A DNA stretch of 64,000 bases, from contig JAIVFI010000018.1 in assembly GCA_025558095.1 (NCBI GenBank), positions 124,001-188,000 on the forward strand, read 5' to 3'. The position numbers and the translations under genes are program-made. Below are positions 23,176-35,600 of this stretch, in pieces (positions within the stretch are counted from its first letter, which is position 1; the number at the start of each line of letters is the position of its first letter). The stretch is from Hyaloraphidium curvatum SAG 235-1 (lineage: Eukaryota > Fungi > Monoblepharomycota). The notes beneath the pieces are model-generated. The model ran no database searches and had not been told where the DNA came from. It saw only the letters and a list, made by a program, of their open reading frames with translations.

Positions 23176-26100
23176 TCACTCTTCCCCAACCCCCTCGTGA
23201 GACGGCATCGCCACCGCCTCGGGCTCGAGGAACATCAGCGGACACATGCCCACCCTGACGTCCTTCCCGTGCTCGTCGAGCAGCCAGCACTTGCCCCACC
23301 CGTCCCTGAACGCCGCGTCCACGCGCACCAGCTGCCCCGGCAGCACCGAGAGCTCGTCGTCCTCGGCCGCGTCGTACGGGCTAACGATCCTGTAGGCCGT
23401 ACCGGCGCGGACAAAGTGCGAGTACGGGTGGTCCGTGTCCGGGGATGCGTACATGGGTGTGCTTGCGTCGGGCGAGAGGGGAACTGCTGGCGAGGCAGCA
23501 GCGGCTGGCGAGGCGGGGGTTCCGGGGGAGGCGGGGGTTGCGGGCGGGACAGAAGTCGCGGGCGACGCGGTCCCGGCGATGATGGGCCAGACCGGAGTCG
23601 GGGGGTACGGCGAGGTGCCGGGCGTAAGCGGCGTCGGCTCCGAGGTCGCGGGCGATGTCGACGCCACCGCAGCCGGTGCGTGGGTGGTATCGATCGGGTC
23701 CAGCTTGGGCAGCGCAGCCTGCGCAGGAGATTGCACCGGCGCACCTCCGTCCTTCTGCTCCTCGGCAGGCGCAGCGGGGGGCGCAGGCGCGGGTGCAGGG
23801 CCGACGGTCGGAGATCCCGGCGCCCTCGCCCTCCGTCCGCTGCGTCCGCTCCTGCCGCTGCGGGTGCTCACCGCGTCCGGTCCCCCGGGCTTGCCCGAGA
23901 TCCCCGAGCGCACCGAGGTCGGGCTGCCCGGCACCGACGGGGAAACCTGCTTGCCTTCCAGCACCGGGCTCGGCGGCGGGATCTGCGGCATCACGTTCAT
24001 GTGCTTGGGGCGCACCTCCCGTCCGGGCCCCTTCTCCATGAGCGAGCTCGTGATGCGCGTCTCGGGCGGGCGGTTGAAGTAAGCGTTGTAGCCGTAGCCG
24101 TAGGGGTAGTAACCCTCCCTCGTCGGGTCGACGGACGAGGTGAGCGAGAAGGAGGAGGAGAGCTGCGAGCCGTATGTGCGCCGCGAGAGCACCGAGGAAG
24201 CGTCCGTGTCCACGCTCGCCGCGTCGGAGAAGGCCGTCTCGCTGCCGTTGGGCTGCGCCGCCGGCGGCCGCGGGCGCGGCGCCGTCGCGGGGGTCGGCGA
24301 GCCGGCCTTGTCCCGGGGCTTGGGGATCCCCAGCGCCTCCTTGAGGTCCTCCACCTCGGCGGCCTCGGGCTCGCCGACCGAGGCGTCAGAACTGCGCGAG
24401 TGCCGCACGCCCGCATACACCAATCCGGCAGCCAGCGCGACGGCGGCGCAGGAGCCGACGACTATGCCGGCGATCATCCCCGCGCTGGGCCCCTCGGCAG
24501 GGGGCGGCGGCGCGCCCTCGCTGGGGAGCCCCAGCACGGTCCAACCGTCGCTTCCTGCGTCGTCGCAGTCGCCGATCGTCACGGCACCCAGGGGCCGCGA
24601 TGCATTGGGCAGCACGAGGCAGGAATGCGTGAGGTGCGCCGAGACGATCTTCGTCACATTGACGGGCGGCGATGCCGCACGCAGCGGCCCGAGCGTCTTG
24701 TCCGACGAGATGTTGTAGATGGACCACCAAGGGAAATAGGTGAGGTCCGAGAGGTTGTTGAACTGCCGCCGGGTAAAGCCGAGGGCGCGCAGGGAGTCGT
24801 ATGCCCGTGGCCCGCGATCGACCCCAGCGACGTCCGTGCCCTCGATCCCGGCAGCCTCCTCGTCGGGCACCCAGCGCCGCACGAGCTGCCCGTCCCTAGT
24901 CCGCTTGACCGTCGCGCACGGCACGACGGCGGGATCCGACCACCCCTTGAGCACCGAGAGGCACCCGTCCTGCCCCCCGCCCAGATCGAGCAGCAGGAAC
25001 ACGCCGCACGCCGTGCCGCCCCCGGGGCATCGCACGCGGTAGAGCCCCGCCGAGGTCGACGACATGGAGCAGCTGATGCCCGAGCACAGCAGCCCCGCGG
25101 GCCCGAAGGACGCCTTGGTCCCGAGCTGCACCACGGTCGCGTCGGGCATGGCGAGAGGCGTCGCTTCTGCGGGTAGGTACGGGCCCTCGGTCGGCATGGG
25201 GACGAACGAGGTGGTCAGGGTCACCGGGACGGGCCGGTCGATGATGCACCAGAGGCCCGAGCCCGCGGCGCAAGCCGTGTCGTTGGGCTGGCGTCCGGCC
25301 GTGTTGACCTCTGCGTAGGCGGCGCCGAAAGTCTCGGCGCACTGCACGTCCGCCTGCTCCGTGTTGTTGACGGAGAAGCAGCCGGCGAAGCGCCACTCCT
25401 GCTCCGACCCGGGGACGGGGCTGGCCGGTAGGAAGGTGGCAACCGGTGTGGTCGTGGCCGGCCCGGCGGTCCGCGACACGGTCGACGTTCGCGGCGGGCA
25501 GATGGGCAGGTTGCGCGAGCACGGCACGTCCATGTTGTCGGGAAACACGGCGTCGGCGTGCACGCAGACGTTGTTGTTGTCGAACCTGCAAGTCCGGAGG
25601 GAAGACGGGACGGCAGGGATCGGGCCCGTCAGCTGGTTGCCCGACAGGTCCAGGATGGCCAGTTTGGTCATGCCGCGCAGGTCCTGCGGCACGATGCCGG
25701 TGAGCTTGTTGCCCGCCAGCCGCAGCTCCTGTATGGTTGCCCAAGAAGTCATCCAGTCGGGGAAGGTGGTGGTGATTGCGAGGCAGCGCTCGATCTTGAG
25801 CGAGCGCAGGAAGGGGAGCGAGTCGCGCAGGGAGCGGTCGATGAACTTGATGCGGTTGTCGTCGCTCCAGGTGAACGAGACGACGTGGTCGTTCTCGCAG
25901 GCCACCTGGCGGATGACGCCGCGCTCGGGAATGGACAGGCTGAAGGTGCAGCAGTCCATGCTCGGGCCCCAGCCGGTGCCCGCCGAAATCGGCACGCCCA
26001 TGCTGAGCAGCGCATAGTGGATAGCTGGTCGAACGGTAGCGCAGGGAGAGGCGTTGGGCGGGTCCGGGCACGGGGGCGACAGCGCAAGGCCACCCGGTCC

Positions 26101-26256
26101 GGGGACGGGCCAACGGTCAGCTTTGCGCACTCAGGGCGATTCCGCACGGCTCCCACCGTCGCATTCGGCCTTCGGATGGGCGGCGGCGCCGGGCAGCGCG
26201 GCGAGGGCGGCGGCCGCGAGCAGCGCCGCCAGCGCGGGCCGCCGGAGCGGCCGCAT
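23176..26256 (-). CDS. Single-pass receptor-like protein: signal peptide, LRRs, Cys-rich modules, TM, Pro-rich tail, SH3
   Basis: LRRs LRLAGNKLTGIVP / LDLSGNQLTGPIP; TM IAGIVVGSCAAVALAAGLVY; SH3 YDAAEDDELSVLPG..DGWG..GMCP; one intron after ..AECD. Confidence 0.8.
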
Positions 26257-27361
26257 GGCGCGGCGAGCCGTCGGGGACGCCCGCAAACCCGCGGGCGCTG
26301 ACGGGCGACGCTGAGATGCGCGCGGCGGGCCGGCGCAGTCAACGATGGAGGAGGAGGAGAGGGACAGAGCGGCAAGGTCGAACCCCCGCCGGCAAGGCTG
26401 AGCGAGACCCGCTTGCCAAAAGCCAAAAGCGACAAATGTCGCCCGGCGTGCACCACCCCGGGCCAAAGGGCACGATAACGCGCCAAAGGCATCCAGAAGA
26501 ATGAATTGAATGGATGTGGATCGATCGCGGGGCATGCAGAGGGGATTCGACGAGAGTCGTCTGAAGGACTGGAACGGCAGATCGGCGAGCGCTCCAAAGA
26601 TGGGAAAGGGGCAACGTGCAGCGAAACAACTGCCAAATGCTCCACGGGAATTCAACCATCTAGACGGAGAGACACTTCCGAAGGCGCCGCTTTGCGGGAT
26701 TGGGTGTGGGAGCGTGGATTCATCTGGCGCGGGTATGAAAGTCACGGGGGACCGAGGGCTTCAAGGCAAAGTGGGCAGCGCCGTTTCCTCGCATCTGTGA
26801 CGTAGCTTACCGCTATGTGGCGGTCGAAGGATCGACAAGGCGAGCACGAGTTATCAAGCCAAAGTCTCGGGAGGCAAGGCGCCCAAATCCCGCGACTGCC
26901 GCGACGGTTTGCCGCAGCCGTAGCAGGGCCAGGATTCGTCCAGCCGCGGGATGGCGGCGTCGTCCGAGATGCGGCTCGACTCGTCGTGATAGTAACGGTA
27001 CGCCGCATTGTCGTTCCGGTCGATGGAAGGCGGGGGTTGGGCACAGGTGCCCGAGGCAGGAATGTCGAGGAAAGTGCCCGGCTTGCCCGCCCGCTCATCG
27101 TAAACGCGGACCTTGCCGACGAGGCGGAGCTGCGCTGGCACCTTTCGACTCATTTGTCCGCTGCCCTAGCGAGCTCACACAGCGACGTCGGCACGCGTTG
27201 GCGGCCTCCTTCGATCTAATAGCGATTCGAAGGGTTTGGGCGCCACAGGAATAAACATCGCGGAGACGTCTCCCCTGGCTATCTGAGCGCTAGAAGACGG
27301 AAGAGACTTTTTCGAAGCGCGCATCGCCTTATTGACGGCACTCGAGGGGCAAGAAAACGCG

Positions 27362-28629
27362 ATGGTGGCGTCCCCCGAGCGACGCGCAGCCTCCCGAAAA
27401 CTCAACGTCTCCCACCCCATGGCTCCATCCTTCTTGACTGCAGAAAGCTGTCGTGCTCCCGAAGAAGGGCGGTCCGTTCGAGATCGGCACTCATGCAAAG
27501 CCGACGCCCGGGAAAGGCGAGCTGTTGGTCAAGGTGTGGTCGTTCGTCGCGATGGAGGTGACGTTCGCCCATCTCCGGCGTTCATTGTAGACGGTCGCGT
27601 CGGCGCTGAATCCGGTGGACTGGAAGATCGGCAAGTTCGGCGCCTTCAACCCCAAGTACCCCGCTGTCCTGGGCTGCGACGTGTCCGGGATCGTCGAGGC
27701 CGCGCCGGAGGGATCCTCGTTCATGAAGGGCGATGAAGTGCTGAGCTTCGTCCGCATTGCGGCGCCGGGGTACGGGAGCTTCGGAGAGTACACGCTTACG
27801 GTGGAAGGCGCCACGGTCAAGAAGCCCAAGGCGAGTTCTTCCCCGAAAGCAGCCGGACCTCGCCTTCACACTGAACATTGCCGTCCGCAGAACCTCACGC
27901 ACGTCCAGGCCGCCGCCGTGCCCCTGGGTCTCATCACCGCCGCCTGGGCGCTGTTCCAGGACCTCGGCATCCCCTTGCCGAGCGACAAGTCCTCCCCGCG
28001 CCCGTCGTCGATCCTCATCTGGGGCGCGTCGAGCTCGATCGGCTCGTTCGCCGTGCAGCTCGCCCGGCTCACGGGCATCAAGAAGATCGTCGCCGTTTGC
28101 GGAGCCAAGAACGTCGGCCTTGTTGAGAAGCTGGGCGCGACGGATGTCATCTCGCATACGGGGCAGTCGGTCGACGCGGTCGCGGCCAAGGTCAAGGCGG
28201 CGGTCGGGAGCGACTTGCACCATTCATTCGACGCCGTCTCGCCGGCCACGGCTGCCGCTTGCGTCGCCTGGTGGGTCTTTCAGTTTGATGCTGGAAGGCA
28301 CCATCTGAAACCTCGGATTCAGCATGAACCCGTCGAATTCTACCATCTCCTGCGCGGCCGGCCCTCCCTCGCCCAAGCCGGCAGCCGGCATCACGGTCCG
28401 CAACACGGCCTCCATGGGCATCTTCTCGCCCAAGAAGGCCGCCTGGGCGCACGACGCATGGCTCGAGTTCGCGGACCTGCTCGGATCGGGGAAGCTTGCC
28501 GTGAGCCCGGGCGTCATTGAGGTGAAAGGATACGAGGGCATCCTGGAGGGGCTCAAGAAGCTGGAGAAGGGCGACGTGAGCGGCGAGAAGATCGTGGCGG
28601 TTTTGGACGAGGCGAGGGCGAAGCTCTAG
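27362..28629 (+). CDS. Medium-chain dehydrogenase/reductase (enoyl reductase-like, NAD(P)-binding)
   Basis: ALNPVDWK, LGCDVSG, LIWGASSSIGSFAVQLA, VSGEKIV; first coding exon is ATG only (intron 27365-27443); GC-AG intron 27831-27890. Confidence 0.88.
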
Positions 28630-28666
28630 CTTCGATGTGCGAAGATGCTGAACACGGCACAAGTCT

Positions 28667-29603
28667 CTACTTTTTCATTAGTTCGCAGTGAACGCGGCGA
28701 ATCTGGCCCATCCGCAACAGAGCACATCCCTGCGAGGAAGTGATCGTCAATTTGCGAAGACGGAATGGCACATCGAACCCAACCAAAAGCACCGACTGGT
28801 CATCGTTGCTATCCTTCTCTGATGCCCTCGGAGCTGTCTTTCTCAAAGTATCCGCCCAGGCCGCGAAGTCCTCGTCCGAAGAGTTGATGGCGTCGGCCCA
28901 GCACAACTCGTAGTCCGGATAATGACGCCAGACCCAGTTGCCGAGATCGGGCCACCCCTCGAAGAACTCTCGGATGCTATCCGACGGCCTATCCACCTTG
29001 TTGCGAAGTTCTTCAGCATGGTAGACCATCCGCCGGCGAAACGCAGCATCCGAATCCTCGAAATGGATGGCTGTCGCTTCCGCCTCCTCCTCCGCCTCCT
29101 CTTCCTCCTCTTCCTCTTCTTCTTCTTCTTCTTCTTCTCCCTGGCTGTCTTGATCTTTGTCGCTGTCCTCAGCAGTTGCCTGTATCACGTCCGGCTTTTC
29201 CAATCCGAGGTCGATGCCGTAGAACGCCTCGTCCGCCTCCAGCCTGGCTTTCTCATCCGTGCCCATCTTCTCAAGTTGCTCGTAGGGCGGCTCATAGCCC
29301 CTCAATACCAGATCGAAGACCGCAGCGAAGATAGCGGGGTCACGGTCGAGGTCGTATCGCAGCGGCAGGGCAGGCTTCCCCTCGTTCAGGCCTCCGGACC
29401 CAAAGTGCTTCGCAAACACCGAAGATGGAGCGTGGGCAACGATGTTGCTCCTGATGTAGTTGAAGGACTTGACGCTCTGCTTCTTCGCAACGCGTGCGCA
29501 AACTCAGTGTTCTGCCCATTCAGCCGGAGAGCAGCCCCACCTGAACGAAGCGCACAGAGACTACATCGCCGCCGGGGTCCGACGGCCCCGTTTCGTCTGC
29601 CAT
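28667..29603 (-). CDS. BTB/POZ (KCTD-like) protein with acidic tract, tandem paralog A
   Basis: YDLDRDPAIFAAVFDLVLRGY..LEADEAFYGI resembles T1-BTB; poly-Glu; one intron after VRFVQ. Confidence 0.65.
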
Positions 29604-29849
29604 TTTGAGGCCAACGGGTCGGAATTGGAATTTGCAGGATGAGGTCAGCGGTGCCTCGATGACTGTCCCCTAGGCAACGAACGCACTCCCCACCCTTCAC
29701 AGACGCTAGCAGCTGATTCGGATAAACGCCGAGCCTCGAAATTCAATTTAAAGCATAGGAGAGTCGCAGCGACCAACGCCAACCGACAAAGTGCAATCAT
29801 CTTTTCAAGAATCCTACATGATCAGAATCGTCCGCCCGAAGACATCTGT

Positions 29850-30814
29850 TCATCGAAGCCTGCAGCGATATCTACTTCTTGGCGTTTGCAGCAGCAAGGA
29901 CCCGGCGAATCTGGGCGATGCGCAGGAGAGCGCAACCCTGCAGGGTGAAACGTCAGAGACTGATACAGCAACCAGATAGCCTCCGCCGTCACAAACCAAT
30001 GCCACGGACGCCTCCTCCGCGCCATCCGGGGTATCATCGCGCGGGAGATCGAGCCGTATCGACTTCCGCAAGCTCTCCGCCCAAGCCTCAAAGTCCTTGT
30101 CGTTCGACGCCATGATGTCAGCCCAGCAGAGATCGGGGTCGAACTGCTGCGCCCAAGGACGGAGTCCGGGAGATTCCACCATGAAAGGCCAAAGCTCCTG
30201 CAGCGGGTCACCGTAACCGCGGAGGAGCTCGGAGTCAAACTGGGACATTCGGGAGTTGAGGCGGCGCTTGGCGGCGGCGATTTGCGGCGGGTCGTCGTCC
30301 TCCTCTTCCTCTTCCTCTTCTTCTTTTTCCTCCTCCTCCTCCTCCTCCTCTTCTTCCTCTGCAGTGTCCATGTCCTTGGCGTCAGCATCGGCCTCCTCCT
30401 CCAGCCCGAGATCGATCCCGTAGAAGTCCTCGTCCGCCCGCAGCTTCGCCCTCTCGTCCGCCCCAAGCTTTCCCAGCCGTTCGTACGGTGGCTCGTACCC
30501 GCGAAGCACGGGGTCGAACGCCATCCCGAACAGAGACGCGTCGCGGTCCAGGGCATAGTCAGACGGGAGGGACGCTTTCCCCGCGTTCACGCCCCCGGGG
30601 GCGAAATGCTTGGCAAAGACGGAGCCAGACGCGTGGGCGATGACGTTGCTCCGGATGTAGTTGAAGGTTTTGGAGCCCTTCGTGCCGTTCTGCGGTCAGC
30701 CTGGTGCGTCCGGGGCCGGCGGGGGAGGCACACCTGGACGAAGCGCACGGTGACGACATCGCTGCCGCCGTCCGGCTGGGAAGACTCGGACACTTGGAAC
30801 TGCGATTTGGACAT
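29850..30814 (-). CDS. BTB/POZ (KCTD-like) protein with acidic tract, tandem paralog B
   Basis: YALDRDASLFGMAFDPVLRGY..LRADEDFYGI; same intron position as paralog A. Confidence 0.65.
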
Positions 30815-30948
30815 TTTCCGGCCCCGAGCTCGGTGCTCAGGCCTGGGTTCCAAGCGACGCGCGGTTCTGATCGGACGCGTCGCACTGCGCGCGAGTGAAG
30901 CACCCCCAGTTCCGCACGTGCAAACGCGTCCCCGACCGCCGCACGACG

Positions 30949-31585
30949 ATGCCTTCCGCATCACGAAAGCCCATACGCGTGGGCTACCTCCACGGCCGCG
31001 GGTCGACCGCCGAGACCAACAAAGCGACCTTCCTCCGGGACTACCGCGACCCCGAGACAGGGGAACCCGCGTTCGAGGTCGTCGCCGAGACGTACGCGAC
31101 GGATTCGCTCAAGGATGCCGTGGAGTGGGCGGACGGGTGGCTCGAACGGGCGGGGAAGCTGGACGTGCTCGCCGGGTCGTCGTTCGGGGGCGCGGTGGCG
31201 GTGCATCTTCTGAGGAGGTCGGTGTGCCGTTCAGTGCGGCGCATGAAGCACGGGGACTCAGGCTGCGACGCGTTTCAGGGGCGCATGGACGGGGCCGACC
31301 CTCTTGCTCGCGCAAGCATACACACTTTACACGGGGGAGCGGAAAACCCTCGCCGAGGGCCTTCCTCCGGGCCGCACGGTCACCCTGATCCACGGAACCG
31401 TGGATTCTATCGTGCCGTGCTCGGGCTCGCGCGTCCTGGCGACGACGGGGACCCCAGAAACGGTGCAACTGGTCGAGATCGAGGACGAGCACCGGCTGGA
31501 GAAGCTCACGGGGGAGCTGGCGCCGGTCTACGTGGATGCGGTCGTGGAGCTGGCGAGGGCGGGCGGCTGGAGTCCGGATCCGTGA
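30949..31585 (+). CDS. Small alpha/beta hydrolase (YqiA/YcfP esterase-like)
   Basis: YLHG, GSSFGG nucleophile, IHGTVDSIVP, DEHRL; one intron. Confidence 0.8.
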
Positions 31586-31640
31586 TGGAAAGACCAAGAA
31601 TGTTATCGTCAGAACAAGAGAATCCTTCACACCCGATGTG

Positions 31641-32413
31641 TCACTCCAGCGTCGATCCCATGGACACCCGATAGTACTGGGCCGTGTTCTTCGGGAGCTG
31701 CCATTCCCGTCTGCAGTACGCCGAGCACCTGTGGTTGTGGAACACGCTGAGCATGCCGCGCGGGCCGAGGTCCGCGGGTCCGAAGCGCTTGGTGAGCGAG
31801 TGGATGGCCGGGTCTGTGAGCACCACGCCGTCGCGGAAGTAGCCGCCCTGCAGGTCGCACAGGACGAACTGGCCGCCCGAAATGTGGTAAGAGTGATGCG
31901 TCAGGGCCTGCAAGAGCTGGTTCCAGGGCTCGGTCGAGGGAAGTACCCAGCCCGAGTTGGAGTTGAATTTCTGGTAGTCCGGGATGAAGGGCTCGGCGAG
32001 GAACAGCTCGTTGCGGAACCTGGACTGGCTGCCGAAGGTGCGGATCTCGGGCATGTTGAGCCGCACCGTCTGCTTGATGATCTTGGCCGCGTTGAACGAC
32101 TTGAGGAGCTCCAGGGCCTTTTCGGTGACGTCGAGCACGGCATCGAAGAAGCGGGCCTCGAAGACCGCCCGGTTGATGAACCGCTTCGCGACCATCTTCT
32201 GCCCCGTCCGCCGCCCGCCGGTGTAGACTCCCTGGTAAACTTCCATGAACGACCCCCTCGCGATGATGCGCGAGTCGTCCACGGTGCGTCCTCCGACACG
32301 CAGAGCGCGCACCGCGAGATGCCCACGCCCTTGCGCCACTGCGTCGTGGAGTAGTCCGTCTTGGGGAGCTCGGAGTTGCAGCCCGCGCAGGCGCGCAGCC
32401 GGGGGGGCGCCAT
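31641..32413 (-). CDS. Alpha-kinase (eEF2K/MHCK family) with N-terminal C4 zinc finger; frameshift between the domains
   Basis: EPFIPDYQKFNSNSGW, QALTHHSYHISGG, LCDLQG, LTDPAI, GPADLG, HxCxxxC; CAGC..SxxQW..RCALC lies in another frame. Confidence 0.8.
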
Positions 32414-32600
32414 CGGGAGGCGAGCGACGGCTCCTCCGGCGGAGAGCGCGAGTTTGGGTGCGGTCCGTGGCCGAATAAGCGTCCTTCCGGCTTCCGATGG
32501 GCACTCTGGCTCGGGTTGCCGACCACGGAAAGTGGCGAAAAAGCAGATGCGGAACGTGGGACGTGAATCCCGCATTCGACACCGCAAACACGGCGCAGCG

Positions 32601-35600
32601 ATGGCCCTCGCGCCGCCGCCGGGCGTCGACATCGACGTGTGGCGCAGTCTCCCCGAAGAGCTGCAGCGCGAGCTGCTCGGCGGGGCGGTCGGCGCGGCCC
32701 CCGCGGAGTCCCGTCCCCCTCCGCCCGCGCGTCCCCCGCGCGCCGCCGAGGCCTCGCGCGCCGCCACGGTGACGATCATCGACAGCGACGATGACGATGT
32801 GGTCGTGGTCGCCGAGCGCAAGGGCCCCAAGCAGGGCAGGGGCAGGCAGGAGGACGCAGACGCCGAGCTGGCGCGGGAGCTGTACAACGAGCAGCTGAGG
32901 GAGGCGGCGCGCGGGGCGGGTGCGAACGACGAGCGGGTGCTCTTCGACGACTTTGTGCCGGGCGAGGCGGTGGTGCACAACCTCGAGTGGTTCCACGCGC
33001 TCCAGGTGGGCAGAACCCGGATCTGGGCAACTTTCCAACATTCTGACCCGGCTCATGGCTTTGCAGACCTCGTTCCGCTCCAGAGCCAGGGCTTCGGCAT
33101 CGCGGCCGCGGCCTGCGCAGAGCACGAAGCGCAAACGGCCCGCGCAGAGGGAGGAGCCCAAGCGCCGCGCCGCGGACTCGTCGGATTCGGAAACCGGGGA
33201 CTCGGACACGGGCGAGGACTCGGATACGGGCGAGGACTCGGAGACGGGCGAGGACTCGGACGGGGCCGACACGGGGGACGAGGCCGAGGAGGAACCCTGG
33301 ACGGTCTCGCAGCCTGACGAGGCCTCGCGCTTCGTCATCCCTGCCGACGCGCCCGTGGTCGGCGACAACCGCACCCTTGCTTCGGCCGCCGACGAGGAGC
33401 CCAAGGCGCCTTCGCCCAGCAAGATCACGTCCTACTTCCAGCGCCCCGCCGCCTCGGCCCCGGCGGTGCCCGCCCGGCTCTTCCGCGACCCCGAGTTCCC
33501 CGCCGACGTGACCTCCATCGACGGCCGCCGCGACGCGCCCAACGCAAAGACCATCACCGGCCAGACGCTCGACGGCGAGACGGTCAGCGAGATCGTCGCC
33601 GCCGATTCCTCCCGTCGCACGCCGTGCTGCCGCTGCCGCAAGGCCGCCAAGCTGCGCACGGTGCACAAGGGCAACGAGAACCAGGGCCGCCTCTTCTGGT
33701 CGTGCTCGGCCCCCCAAAAGGCCGCGGACCGCTGCGACTTCTTCATGTGGGCATCCGGAGGCGCCGCCGCGCCGCACTCGCAGCGCGACCTGGCGTACGA
33801 GTGGAAGCGCCTCGCAAAGGCGCAGGGGTTCGTCCTTGTGCACGGGGCGTTCGATTCCGACGACGTGCTGCAGGGCGCCGTGGGGAACTGCTGGTTCATG
33901 GCCGGGCTGAGCGTGCTCAGCCAGAGACCGGACCTGGTTTCGAGGCTGTTCGTGGACCTGGGGAGGGAGGATCTGGGGGAGAACGGGATGTACAGGATCA
34001 GGCTGTTCATCGACGGCAAGTGGGTGTCGCTGGGACCTCGTCATCCTGTTTTCTGGCTGACCTCTTGCATTCCATGCACCCACAGGTGGCAGATGATCAC
34101 GGTCGACGACTTCTTCCCGCACCGCCCCGAATCCGACGAGAAATCCGGCGAGCGCCGCGCCCGCTCGACGCGGGAAGCCCCCGGCGCCCCCCGCCTCGCC
34201 TTCGCCAAGTCCTCGCGCAAGCCCGGCGGCCGCGGCTGGCAGCTCTGGGCGCCCATCGTCGAAAAAGCCTACGCCAAGGCCAACGGGAGCTACCGCGCCA
34301 TCACCGGCGGCTGGGTGGCCGAGGCGTTGCACGATCTGACGGGGTTCCCGACCGAGGTGGTCTCGTTCCAGCACCGCAGGTTCGATCCGGAGCTGCTGCT
34401 CGCGCGGATGATGGCCTTCTTCGACGCCGGGCTGCTCGTCGGCGCGTCGTGCTTCCGGTCGTCGCCCGAGGAGGGACTGGTGGGCGGGCACGCGTACAGC
34501 GTGCTGGCGGTCCGGGACGTGCACGGCAGGAGGGGGGGGAGGCAGAGCAAGGTGACGGATTTCTTTGGCGGGGTGGGGAGGACGCTCGGCGGGGCACAGG
34601 TGGCCGCGGAGAGGAGGAGGGAGGGCGGCGGGGGCGAGGAGGGGGAGGGGCTGAGGCTGGTCAAGGTACGGAACCCCTGGGGTGGGTCTGGGCACGCGCA
34701 CGGGGGTGCGGAGTGCATAGCTGACGCACCGCCGCACGCGCAGGCTGCCATCCGTGGAAGGGCGACTGGGGCCGCGACAGCGCGCTGTGGACGCCGCAGC
34801 TCAAGGCCGAGCTCGGCTACCCCGAAAAGGACGACGGCAGCTTCTGGATGACCTTTGCCGATTTCGTCACCCGGTTCCACTCGATCGACGTGCTGCATTG
34901 CCGCAAGGATTGGTTCTCGGCCTCGCGCGCGCTCGAGATGCCCGCGGGGGCCAGCGTCGCCTCGCGCGCGCTCGAGATCCGCGTGACCGAGCCGACGTGG
35001 CTGTACCTCTCCGTCCTGCAGCCCGGCAAGCGCGGCCGGCCCGAGGAGCGGTACTGGTACGCGGACGTGAGCCTGCTCGTGGTGCGCGAGCGGCAGGGGG
35101 AGTTTGCGGTGGTGGAGCAGGTGCGCCTCTCCTCCCCCCGGCGGAGCGCGCACCTCGAGCTCGTGTTCGACGACCCGCGGTCGTCGTACCACGTGTACTT
35201 CTTCTCCGTGTCGCGGGAGACGGGCGCCCGCGACCCCGCTTGGATGACCCCGGCGCGCAAGCGGGTGGTCAAGCTGGAGGACGCGGTGAAGCTCGTGGCG
35301 AGGGTGTTTTCCAGCAAGCCCGTGCGGATGCGGCGGAGCATGCCGCTCGTGGTGCGGGAGGTCGCCGCGCCGGCGCCGCGCAAGAAGCCCGCGGCCAAGG
35401 GGAAGGGCAAGGCCAGGGCCGTGGCGGGAAGGCCGGGCGGGCAGCTCATGGACGGGTTCTTCGGCACCGTGGCGTCGGCGATCGCCGAGGCGGCGTCGGC
35501 GGGGGAGCGCGCGCAGGGGTTCTCGAGCATCGGGCAGCCGGACAGGGTGGAGACGAGGAAGCTCGGTGAGGGGATGAGGCTGGATGTTTACGAAGCTGGG

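Noticed and set aside
26740-27330. Minus-strand fragments with WPCYGCGKP, possibly a decayed zinc-finger gene
   Set aside because: No coherent spliced frame or recognisable domain; cannot be supported.
29085-30360. (TCC/TTC)n tracts as independent microsatellites
   Set aside because: They encode the poly-Glu tracts of the BTB-like genes.
33199-33260. Regular short repeats as a CRISPR-like array
   Set aside because: No spacers; in-frame coding repeats in a eukaryotic gene.
34920-34979. 20-bp direct repeat GCCTCGCGCGCGCTCGAGAT as a target-site duplication
   Set aside because: In-frame local duplication (ASRALE twice) within an exon; no element between the copies.
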